64,000 nt of DNA from positions 344,596,001-344,660,000 of the forward strand of contig OZ024740.1 of NCBI GenBank assembly GCA_964016885.1. The letters are read 5' to 3'. The translations under genes were made by a program, and so were the position numbers. The notes under the pieces are model-generated. The model ran no database searches and had not been told where the DNA came from. It saw nothing but the letters and a program-made list of their open reading frames with translations. Within the stretch, counting starts at the first letter, position 1; each line of letters begins with the position of its first letter. Positions 52,208 through 64,000 of this stretch are shown here, in pieces. This stretch comes from Eledone cirrhosa. Taxonomy: Eukaryota.

Positions 52208-55200
52208 GATTTCTTTATTGGCCACAAAGGCTGACATCAAGAAAAACATTACAGACGGCACAGGACGGTACATGACGGAACGATGTGGGTTTTGTGCGTG
52301 TAAATATTTTTATTATTTATATAAGAAAAGAAAAAAAAGGACATAGAAACATATATATATATAAACAATAAAAATGAAAATTGAAACAATGAAAAATTCC
52401 CCAATAAGGGAGAAACCTCCGAGGGTTACTCGTGGAGAAAACCACACAAAAACCACGGCCACCTTGACCACCAGGGCAAGCGCCCTCTCTCAATTTTTCA
52501 ATTTATCAAACTACAGACGTATATTCAGAGCGGTCCAGTTCACTCGAACCATTCTCGCTACATTCACCCACCTTTCAACAAACTTGTTAGAGGGCAGCAC
52601 TTGCCTCTCCACCATGATTTTTCTCTTCAAGTGAAACTTGAAAAAGTTAATTGGGGATTCGCCGAAGAGGAAAGTGTCTGTCTTTATCCCTTTCCACCTT
52701 GTCCACTACACAATCGCTTTCACCATGGCCACCAGGCAGATGAAAACCGCCTGCCCTTCCTCCTCGAAGGAAGACGGCGAGACCATCTGCACAATGGACT
52801 CAGTCGATAACCGGATCAGTCCTACACGCGACAGCAACTGTTCGACATAGCTCCACAAGTGAGCAATGCTCGGGCACTGAACGAGTGCGTGCACGACGGT
52901 TTCGTCGCTCTGCGCGCATCTCGGACAGGCTCGGCTGACGGAACTTCCGTTCCTGTAGAGCTCTATCTCGAACCGGCAGCGCTCCCCGGTAGCACTGCTA
53001 GGCCATGGATTTTTTCGAAGTTATGCATAGGCCCTGGGCTGAAAGTTCTCCGGAAGTGAGTAAACAGCTGATCTTCTTCGAAGCCCAGGATCTCTCCGAG
53101 AATGTCGTCGCTCTTCCCCCCACTAGTCCTCTATAGAACGCCGACGTGGATGTTCCACCGATACTGGTGCCCAGCTGGCAGAGGGCAGTGTGCGCCTGGA
53201 GACATTCCAGTTTCCATGCGCTATCCCTCGGTCTTTTCTGACACAGGACTACATCTCCGTCAAGGTCAAGGAGACGAGCTGTGGGAAAACGTGCCTGGCG
53301 AACGGGCGACCACACCTGTTCACCGTCAAGGAAGCACCAGATATGTCGCAGCCTCAGCGCATGTTTGCGCATCATCAAGCATGGCATGCCCAGTCCTCCA
53401 CGTAACGGGTGTTCACAGCAGATGGATCGTCTGACCATGGCAGCGCGTCCCTTCCACAAACAGAGGAAGTGGAGGCGCTCCATTTTGGTGAGAGTTGGGC
53501 TGGAGCAAAGGACGACAGTGAGGCGGTAGCAGATGACGGATGCGATGTACGCAGTCGCCACCGCCGCGCGGCCTTTCAGGGACAGCTTCCTCTCGGCCCA
53601 TTTCTGGGTGAGGGAGGCCAACCTGCTCGTCACCTCGTTCCAGTTTTTCTCCATCTGGAGGTCCGGTTCGAACCAGACCCCGAGCAATTTAACCGGTCCG
53701 TCCGTGCAATGCCCCACGACGCTGTCGGACGGCATGGACTTGCCTCTCCAGGTGCCGAGCTGCAAGCCCACCGACTTTTCCTGGTTTATCTTTGCTCCTG
53801 TCACAGCTTCCTATTGCTTGAGAGCGGTGCCGAGCATCTGGACGTGTCTGGTGCTCGACACCACCACGATGAAGTCGTCAGCATAAGCCGACTCGGATTG
53901 CCCGCATCCTAGTTCGCGCCGGCCGCCCCTCATCGCCGCCAGTTTGTGCAGTAACGGCTCGAGAGCTAATACGTACAAGAGGGACGAGAGGTAACAAACC
54001 TGGCGGACTGAGCGCATTATGCTGAACGGCTGCGACAGGTGACCGTTCACACTCACAACTCATCAGATGTCGCTGTACATTGCTGCGATCCAACCCCTGA
54101 AATCGGGCCCGAAACCGGCTGCCTCGTGACCGCAGCCAGGTTGATCAGGGCCCCACCCATGCCAGGTTCCTTAACCACTCTCTTTATGATGTTTCGCATG
54201 AGGTGGAGGTTGTCGTGTATGGATCTGTCCAGAATGGCGCATGTCAGCGCCTCTCCCACCAGTCTCTTGACGACAAACGCCAACCTTGTTGCTAACACCT
54301 TGGCCAAAATCTTGAACTCTGCGTTTAGCTGGGTTATGTGCCTGAAATTATCGATAACATCCCCCTTGTTCGGGTCTTTTCTCAGCAGCGCAACTGCTCC
54401 CCGGCTCACAAAACTGGTAATGGTCCCGTTCTGCTGCCAGTTGCAGTAGACATCTGCCAAGAGATCACCGAACAAGTCTGGCATAAATGCATAAAGCTCG
54501 TAGGGCAGACAATACAAACCTGGCGATTTACCCCTTGTGCAGTGGCCATCGCTTCCCGTATTTCACCGGCTGTTATTGGCTTTTCGCAACACTGTGCTGA
54601 GGTCGTCGAGAGCCGAGGCAGTCCGTCGAGCTATGCACTGAAGTCCATGCTACGATCCGGGCCGCCGCTGCTCCCGAACAGTTCAGCAAAGTGCTGCTGA
54701 AAATCTTCACACATCCGCTCGGGTTCGAGCATCACGCACCCGTTTTGGTCAAAGACCGAATTGTGGCTTTGTTGCAACGTCGCGCCTCTGCCACCCGGGC
54801 CCATTGGACGGCTTTTGTCCCCTCGTGTTTCAGAGCACGCGCTCTAGATCTGACAACGCAGACTTCGTGTTTTGCCTTGAAGAATTGGTCGAATGCCAAT
54901 CTGGCCGCAAGCACGTCGGTTGCGATGCCTTTCCTAAACCCCTCTTCTAGCTTTCTGACTAGCTCTCCCTCTACTCTATTTTCCTCTGTCACTACTCCTT
55001 TGCTAAAGCTAATCGACTCTACTTTAATTGCCCTTTTCATGGCGAACCACCACCTGCTGTTGACGATGGCTCCCGTCAACGCACGCTTAACTAATACGCT
55101 AATCCGGTCTCTGTAGGCCGCTGCGCGCCGGTAAAGACGCGTTCAGCTTCCAATAACCAGGCGCTTGTCTATGAAGTCTGTCTATGTCGATCTCACAGAT

Positions 55201-57950
55201 CACAAATTTGTGGTCTGTGTAGTCGACTATTTTAAATATACTTATACTAGCCTTATCTAGTTCTCTGCAGAATACCCTATCGAGTTACGATCTGGATGAC
55301 CCGATGCGGTTTGTCCATGTCCACATTGGCACATTCGGGTGATGCAGTCGATACCTGTCAGACAGTTCAAAACATCTGAGCAGGTTGGTGAGGCTCTTGC
55401 ACACTCCTCCCCTATCCACTAGCCCCACATAATCCCAGCGTGCATCCAAGATACCGTTCGAGTCGCCCACTAACAATAAAGAGCGGGACATTCCAAGAAA
55501 GGTCTCTAGACGTCTGAAGTTATCTGGCCGCCCTGCCCCTGTTGGGGCGTAGACGGCTACTAGATTGAAAGCATTGCCTTCGCTGCCGGTCACGTCCAGC
55601 ACCACCGACTTCCCTTCTGGGTCTAGGAAGATGGCCCGTATGGCGAGATCCAAGCCTCTCCGAAAAAGGACGGCAGACCCTCCCCCGATCCTGGACGGCT
55701 GGGAGATGCGTATACATCGTAGCCGCCGAAGATCGGTGCTAAGGCTTGTGCTTCGGAGATTCTGGTCTCACTGATGGCCACCACATCTATGTTTAGTGAC
55801 CTGAGGTCGTTGAGCAGGTGACCCTGCTTCCAAGATGAACCCAGGCCACGTGCATTTATACTGCCTATTCTGAGTACGGCCATGTTGGATGAGAAATGGG
55901 GCAAGTGAGAAAGGGTCACTTACCTTGATCGTGTAGTGAAGGGACAGTAGAACCGTCCCTTTCGCTGATCATGGGTGTTTCCAAGAAGATGTCTGCATAT
56001 CCTCTTGGTAACCGACCCTCTGAAGTCTCCAACTGTGTTCGGAAATTTTTGTTTTAAATGTTTGTACTGTTCTATTGAGATTTCAATGATGCTTATGTTT
56101 GTCGGGAGAGTTCTTGGTGTTGGTGGGGTGTCGTTGTTTTTTTTCTGTGATGTCTGTGTGCTGCTTTATATATTGTATGAGTTCGTTTTTGCCTTGTGTA
56201 CTTTTTGTGGTGAGGGGTGATTTTTTTGCTGTTTTCTTCTTGTTGCTGTTTGATGTGTCTGTCTTGTGTTTGCGTTGTTGGTGTTTTTGCGTTGTTGGTG
56301 TTTTTGGTGATGCTGGTGGTGGTGTGGTTGTTGTTGTCAATGGTGCTTGTGGTGGTGTTGGAGCAAGTTTCCTTACTGCCTTTACCCATCTTTGTATGCC
56401 TTCGTTTTGGAGGGTGAATCTGAGGGTTTTTTTGTTTTTTGTTTTTTGTGGCAGACCGTTTGCCACTTTACTCCCGCCTCAAACTCCATGTCGGATTCTG
56501 TGGCGTCTGGGAGGTGTATGTGCTCCACGGCTGTTGGTGGTCGCAGTGGCGCTCTCTTTGGCAATTTTGTTGCTGGTGTAGCTACTTCAAATGTAGCTAT
56601 TGGTGTTGCCGCCACTGATGATGATGCTTTAGTTGTCCGTGGCCTTGGTAAGGTTGCTACGGACATCCCCCCCCCTACTCACCGTGGAAGGGGCTTCTTC
56701 GTTTGTTGCCCGCCCTGCTCTTGGTAGCAGCGGACCAGGTATTGGAAGGAGAGGGGCCTTCTTCTTCGACGTCTTCTGCGGGCAAAAGGCCCTGAGGTGA
56801 CCCTTCGACCCACAGAGATAGCATTTTGGCCGTCTTCCTTCTACACTTATAGGGAGTTTGAGTCCTTCCTCAATGTCTATAATATCGGGGATAGCGTCGA
56901 TACATTCCTGGTCAGTTTGTATAAGCATTTGCATGCCTATACCTGACCAGTTCTCTCTGCCTATTTGTTCTACTTGCAGCATGGCCGTCCTGTTCTCGAT
57001 TCCAGCAAGGACAGACGCGGCCAGCCAAGGTATGGGCACGTCGGGTGGGTCCTGGGTCACTTTGACCCTCACCATTTTCTTCCCGCAGTAGGAGGGCACC
57101 GAGACTATCTCCTCACTCTTTAGGGTTTCCAAAGTGTGAGACTTTGCTTCCTGGGGGGGGGGGGGCTAAAAGTACGTCTACTGTGGCGTACTTTCTGCCT
57201 CGGGTGATGTGGGTTTTGCGTGCCCAGACGCACCCAAGGCCTTTTAGATTTGAGCCTCCGTGGCTCTCTCCACCCGATGTGAGATTTTGCTTACGGTGCG
57301 GTAAGTCACCGTCCGTAGCTGCTGGTCCTTGAAAAAATCGGGTGGAGGTTTCAGGGAGACTCTATTGGCGCTTCTTGTCACCATGGCCCTTGCGACTGCC
57401 ATCTCCTCCTCTGAGACTAACACAGTCTCGATATTTCGGGTGACACCTGCAAAAGAAGTGGTTCCTGTTTCAGCAGCACCACTATTTCTGCCGCTACTGG
57501 TCTTACTGGTGGTGCTGAGATCGCTATTACAGGCATCGATGTCATTGTTGTTGTTTTCGTTGGTACAGTTGTTGGTGTTGTTGTTGTTGTTTTCGTTGAT
57601 ACTGTTGCTGTTGTTACTGTTATTGTGGCTGTTGTTAATATTGTTGTTTTTGTTGATACTGTTCCTACTATTATTGTTGTTGTGGCTGTTGTTATTGTCA
57701 TTGTTATTGTTGTTCTCGACCTTACCGCTGTTATTTTTGTTATTGTCGTTCTCGACTTTACCGCTGTTATTTTTGTTGTTGCCGTTGTTATTGATGGTGT
57801 TGTTGTTGGTGTTATTGTTGGTGTTGTTAGTGTTAGAAATATTTGTTAATTTTTAATCTGTAACAGTCTTCTTTTCTTTTGTAATATTTTCGTTTATATT
57901 TACATCCGCTGGAACACTGTCTTGTTGACATGCTGATAATCTTTATAAAA
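52208..57950 (-). mobile_element. Tx1-clade LINE, family A, inverted copy C
   Basis: Reverse-strand ORF1 (CYLCGSKGHLRAFC), ORF2 (MAVLRIGSINARG...AYADD) and a 3' UTR like copy A. (AAT)n tail at 52160-52207 next to (TAC)n. 5' boundary approximate. Confidence 0.9.
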
Positions 57951-58679
57951 TATATATAAAAAAGTGAAAACTATTAAATTTGCCATGTTATGCATTCTAT
58001 GCACTTTGAGTATGAAAAATCCTATTATCCAGATATCTCACGTGTAAAATTAGATAACATTCTAAAATATTTTAATTCACTTCAGGAATCGTACAAACGG
58101 GCGATTTGTTTCAATGAATTCCAAATGCAAACTGATTCAAATCTCTATTTGAGAGGAAGATGTAACAGAAATAAAAGCGTTGACAACACCAATAGTAACA
58201 ACGCCGAGCGTGGTTGTGTCACAATTTAATTTGCAGTGGAATTTTCGTTTTTATATTACATGCATATATATACAGAGCAATATACGTATGTTACACAAAT
58301 ACACTTATCAAATATACATACAGGCTTTCACGCATCCCCACATAAATCTGGATATTTTGAAAGTTACATATGCATATAAATATATATACATATATATATA
58401 ACGAAAAGTTTATATGGTTCGTTGATTATTCAACGAATACAATTTTACAATAGATTAGAAGCACTCGACACTAATTTATCTGGAGTATTTAATATTATTC
58501 AATAAATGAAAAATATTCTAATAAACAAAATATATATTTTTTTATATATATTTCAAAGGTACACTGGTGTTTCAGTACGTTTTCATCCGATAAAATATAT
58601 GAGAGATTGGATATGCGACATACCGCTAAGGTTTTGATTATTCAATTCCTGTAGTGGTACTACCACTAGGTAAGCTTTG

Positions 58680-59100
58680 ATATACCTATGGAAGAACGTG
58701 GAAAGGTTATCACCATACTTTAGCATTAGAGGTAAGACCAGTCCACGAACAAGACGTCACTGTGTAGTGCCAAATGTCCTATCCGTCGCATGAAGTATAA
58801 GGAACACGTACTGCAATAACCTGGGTTTCAAAGAAGCCCAGCTTTTTAATATGTTCCCCCAAAATCTGAGAGGTCTATATGGTGTGCATATGTCGATGCT
58901 TTCTAGAGACATCTCAACATTCTACTGACCAAGATCCCGGATAAACCCACAGCACAATGTGAAGTGTAAATAATGGCGGCAGCAACAAACACCCTTTTGC
59001 ATCAATGACTAACCAGAGAAGGCTGGCTATATAAAGTGTAGCCTCAATGGCGGTGACCCAACATTGCCTCAGCCTGTCGGCTGGAACACGTAATAGAATA
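58680..59100 (+). mobile_element. Highly decayed 3' end of a CR1/Jockey-like LINE
   Basis: Patchy translation RRHCVVP..YCNNLGFK..QLFNM.P....IPDKP resembles LINE C-termini. Recognition by eye only. Confidence 0.5.
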
Positions 59101-59826
59101 GTAAAGTATGAGTAGCTTTACAGGACAAATTCCAAACGCAAAAACACAGATATTTAATGGTGTTGTACGTTTGTGGTCTGAGAGGAATCATTGATCATTT
59201 ACTTTGCAAGTACTACCAGACTAGTGCCATCGTGGTTGACGTTCAGCTTAAAATCATCTAGGGTAGCCTTTGTAAGAAAATAGTAGGTGAGAAAGAACAA
59301 TAAACACTGGATGTTCCAGAATATAAGGAATATTTAACGAGTCTCGGGCGATACTTGCCAAAGAGTACTATCACAAAACGTGTGGATAGAGGAAGCGAGA
59401 TTTGTGTAACAGGAGAGATTTTGCAACGTGAATAAATAGCTAGTTATCGGGTACTATATGGTCCATTTATCATTCTAGTTTCACATTGCATCATACTTGA
59501 GGTTTAGATCCACAGAGATATTTTGAGCAATATATAATTGTTTGGCTAATTTTCTTCTTTTTATATTGCATGCTGAACAGTTTAGTTTGAAACATAAGAC
59601 GTAGTGTAGCATCAGTATAGTTCGATATATATGAACAGTTAACCGGAGTGAAGTTTCCTTTGAGTCTCTAGACATGTGAAGTAGTCAATTGTATTCAATC
59701 TCTCTATCTACCCACCTAACTCTCTACTCCCCTATCTATCTATCGTTTCCTCTATCTCTATCCCTATGTCATCTTTCTCTCTATCTACTTACCTTCGAAA
59801 CCGCCTCCCTACTTCTCTCTCTCTCA

Positions 59827-59901
<75 letters not shown>

Positions 59902-59971
59902 TATTAGAAAGTGAGGTTTTTTTTTTTTTTACAGAATGAAAAATAACCGAGGTGTCCTACACGATGGAAAG

Positions 59972-61972
59972 TATAAAGAAAAAAAGATGAAATCGAAAAT
60001 GCAACTGGAGTCTTATTTTAAAAAAAAATATATATATTTATTTGGTTCCTTTACTGGTTTCGCAGTTCTTCTGCTTTTCAAAAGTAGAGTTGAGATGGAG
60101 GGTCTGTGGTTTTTCTCACATCTGGTTGGTCTTTGAATGTTACTTGTTTTATATGGAAAAAAAGTGGTTCGAAAAGCCAGGTTTTTAGAGAAGTAATTGG
60201 ATTGGTTGGTCAATAATTATATAAACTTCGCGCCAGTTCGCGTTACAAAGTTCTTCAAACAAGGGGGGGGGGGGGGGGGGTCAGGTTGTTTTTTCATATA
60301 TGAGTGTTTGAATTTCTTTTTACTTAAAACAAAGGGGCTCACGAAGGCTTTTTTTTAATAAACGTAATTTGATTGGTTATAAATGAAATATGGTTAATTC
60401 GCTGGGGTGTAAGAATTCAGATTTTCTATTGAAATAAAGATAGTAAAGATATGTATGGTTATTTGTGTGCTTGTGTGTGTGTGTGTGTGTATGTGTGTGT
60501 TTGAATATCTTTTTATTTTAAAAAAAGGGGCTCACGAAGGCTTTTTTTAATAAACGGAATTTGATTGGTTATAAATGAAATTATGGTTGTCACGTGAACA
60601 AGTTTTCATTAAATATCGCGCCCGTATTTGGAAATCTATTCTGTAGCCTTTTTAGAGAATTTTATCACAAGCAAAAGATAATGGTCAAGAGAAATGGGAT
60701 GGGAGAATTGTTCTGGTTCAGTGAATATGGTTAGTTCGCTGGGGTGTCAGAATTCAGATTTTCTATTGAAATAAAGAAAGTAAAGTTATGTATGTTTATT
60801 TGTGTGCTTGTGTGTGTGTTTGTATTGGAAGATGATTCTATTAGTAGAAATGTGGGAGGGAGTTCTCTGTGTGTGTGTGGGAGTATGTTAAGATGGAGAG
60901 AATATATATATTTTGTGTGGGTGTATATATGTGTGTAGGAAAGTGATTCTATTAGTAGAAATCGGGGAGGGAGGTGTGTGTGTGTGGGGTGGGGGTTGTT
61001 ATGTGTATGTATGGGTGTTATGTGTGTGTGGGAGTATGGTTAGCATGTTAAGATGAAGATAATATATATATATTGTGTGAGTGTGTGTGTAGGAAAATGA
61101 TTCCTTTCTTAGGAATATTTTTGAATACTTATTCGTATTTGTTCTGTTGTATTATCAGCGCAAACGTATGTTAAGGTTTATTTAGTTCGGGTTTTATTTT
61201 CTAAAGTAGCAGGTGTTATGTGTATATGTGTCTGTTTGGATGGTTAGCATGTTATGGTGTTGACATAATGTATATTAAACCATATTTAATGCTGGTCCAT
61301 ATTTTTGAATAAACATATTTTCCTTATTTATTCGTATTTGTTCTGTTGTATTGTTAGCACAAAGGTAAAATGAGAAGACTTGGAATTTGGGTGTCTTATT
61401 ACTTGCGCATATGTCTAGATGTGCGCTTAGTGGTATATGTCTCGTGGTTGGATCTCGTAATTGTTGGCGATGAACTGTCATTCTGTTTCTTAGTGTGAGT
61501 TTAGTTTGTCCTATATAATCTTCATTGCATCCTTTACATTTAATGGCATGAGGTAGATTTTTTGATGAGCAAGAGAAGTGATTTTTTACAGCAACATTTT
61601 GTCCTGTTTTAAATGTATACGTGTTGTCTTCAATTAGGTGGGTGCAGGTTCCACAATTAGAGCGACCACATTTTTTGACAGTTGGTTGTAGGTTTGTGGT
61701 AGGTAATTTAGCATTGGTGAGTAATGTTTTCAGTGATTTCGGTTGTCTTTTGCTCTTGATTATTTTGTGTGTTTCAAGGGCTTTTTCATTCTTGGGTCTT
61801 GTTTTAGTAGTGGCATGTTCATGTGAATAGTGTTGTAAGCTTCCGCATTTCTTGGCTTGTGTTGAGATATATGATAGAATATTGGATGTACCTTGAATTT
61901 GTTTCTGTTTTCGTAAATATATATATTTTTAAAAATAAGACTCCAGTTGCATTTTCGATTTAATCTTATTTT

Positions 61973-61979
<7 letters not shown>
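59972..61979 (-). mobile_element. 5'-truncated Penelope-like element: GIY-YIG fragment, rearranged pLTR, terminal inverted segment
   Basis: Minus-strand KKCGRSNCGTCTHL...CSSKNLPHAIKCKGCNEDYIGQT...RMTVHRQQ...HL...KENMFIQKYGPALN (61275 to ~61700). A ~66-bp inverted repeat spans 59972-60040 and 61914-61979. Confidence 0.88.
60049..60084 (-). ncRNA. Minimal hammerhead motif (U3-A8 variant) in the Penelope pLTR
   Basis: Minus strand reads CTT TTGAAAA GCAG-aagaa-CTGC GAAA CCAG TA AAG. Stem I is short. Confidence 0.5.
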
Positions 61980-62017
<38 letters not shown>

Positions 62018-62046
62018 GAGTGGGAGAGAGGGAGTGTGTGTGAGAG

Positions 62047-62092
<46 letters not shown>

Positions 62093-62751
62093 TTGTAGAT
62101 ACAAGAATGTAATCATATTTTAATGGATATATGCCTGGTAATGCATAAAGAAATTATGAAGAAGATTGCTTTAATTGATTTAAATGAAAGTATAATTGAA
62201 TACGTTGATGGCTGGAGTTACAAAAGGTGGAGATCTAGGAAACCTGAGATTCACGAAACTTTATATAGAATTTACATAGAATTTCGTGTTCAAGGAATTA
62301 TCAACTCCAATATATTTCTAATATAAAACCCGTCAATTTTGAGGGGCAATATTCATATAGATATCTGAAGATTTCAATACATTTTTGGGGCCCAAAGTCG
62401 TTTTTGTAAACAAATATGTACGTCGTATGCTTTTGTGTGGACTGGAAAATATTCAGTGAATTTTAACTCATATATACTCAGAGTTTCATATTGTCACATT
62501 GTTGAGTTATGTGGTTGTGTTTTCTTTTTAGTATAACGTCTATGGACTCACAGGAACCTTCGTCGAGTGTAAGATAATATGAAAGCTGAACTCAATTTTT
62601 GATTGCATTTTCAATTAATATATACTTCTTGTATAGGAGGTTCTTTGTAACCAACGAAACCTTATATATATATATATATATATATACACCCATACATACA
62701 TACATATATATACTCACACATACATCTCCCGCCATACACACGCATATATAC

Positions 62752-62796
<45 letters not shown>

Positions 62797-63175
62797 ACTA
62801 GAAATTGATTAACATATAAATAAACATGAATAATCACAGGAGATAATTTTTACAAGTGTGTAACCACACATAGCTAGTTAGGTAACTAAATAAAGTTGAC
62901 CAGAACATCAAAAATAGATACATTTTAATATGATTAATCTTCCCTGTATATATTAATATTTCCTATATATATATATATAGGAAAAAGTATGACCCCGACG
63001 GCAGTGCTCAAGCCGTTTCGACGGCTATTTCTGGACTACTACCCTAAGTATTGAGTACACTGGTGCGTTATGCTCCATCTGGGTCCTTACCACATTTCTT
63101 TTGTTATATATATATATATATATAAAATAAAGTAAAATAAATAAGTCAAATGCTTAAAATTTAGATTCGTTTATT

Positions 63176-63230
63176 ACTGCTATATATATTTTGATGACAG
63201 CCATCTTTGGCTGTGACCTCTTCAGGCAGT
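63176..63230 (-). ncRNA. Decayed hammerhead motif (G12A)
   Basis: Minus strand reads ACTGC CTGAAGA ggtc ACAGCC-aaagat-GGCTGT catc AAAA TATATA TA GCAGT, then AATAAA. Confidence 0.55.
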
Positions 63231-63433
63231 CCGAATTAGTGTGGTATAGAGAAGTACATATGTTGTTGAGGTGTATAATTTTGTCAATAATATGCCTAGT
63301 TCCTGGTTGGGTTGTTATTTCACTGAGGAACTGGTATCATATTACTCCGGAGTAACCAGACCAACATGCGCACCTCGTCGAGTGCTCCAATCTGCATACT
63401 GAGGTGTTGATATACAACCAACATATACTCAAA

Positions 63434-63532
<99 letters not shown>

Positions 63533-64000
63533 AATATATAAATATATGCAAATATATATAAATATATATAAATATATGCGAATATATGCAAATATATATA
63601 TATAGAAGTATATATAAATATATGCAAATTGGGCTTCTCAGCCGTTAATATGCATAAGGTAAGTATATACGTTCAACAATCTGGCAGGAAGGTATACGTT
63701 GCTGACGATAGCTAATAAGCTTGAAACTAGTACAGCGTTCCTTTGTCAGTGTTGAACAAACGAGCAACGATGGTTGCTGGACACTACGGCTTAATACGGG
63801 ATGTTTGTTTACAAACACACCGAGCATTATAATAAATGTTCGGTGAATCCATACGTACATATATATATGTGTGCATGTATGTATATATATATATACATAC
63901 TACTGTACGTCTGTATACATATATGTATGTACATATACATACTTATATTTAAGTAACAACCGTACTAAGAGTGGGAAATGAAATTTCTTTCATTTTTTCC

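Noticed and set aside
27240-57856. Hydrophobic Val/Leu-rich and other antisense ORFs within the Tx1 copies
   Set aside because: Shadow frames of ACA/CCA-rich ORF1 and GC-rich ORF2.

Overview
Eukaryotic, AT-rich, microsatellite-dense DNA made almost entirely of transposable elements. I found no convincing host gene. The SINE family and microsatellite spectrum resemble octopus/cephalopod genomes, which is an inference from recollection and not a database hit. Contents from left to right: (1) the 3' half and 3' LTR of a Ty3/Gypsy element; (2) R4/Dong-type RLE-endonuclease LINEs in (TAA)n tracts; (3) several tRNA-like SINEs; (4) a maT/Tc1-mariner remnant and RTE and CR1-like LINE scraps; (5) a ~23.5-kb head-to-tail array of four Tx1-clade LINEs joined by (ATT)n, plus an inverted fifth copy; (6) a Penelope (GIY-YIG) fragment. 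The most interesting hidden signal is a set of nine type I hammerhead ribozyme motifs at six loci, folded by eye. They share a palindromic (dimer-type) stem III, some have a U3-A8 compensatory core or a branched stem II, and they sit in foldback palindromes or direct repeats next to (TA)n. One pair brackets a 595-nt retrozyme-like unit. All folds, identities and boundaries were read by eye.
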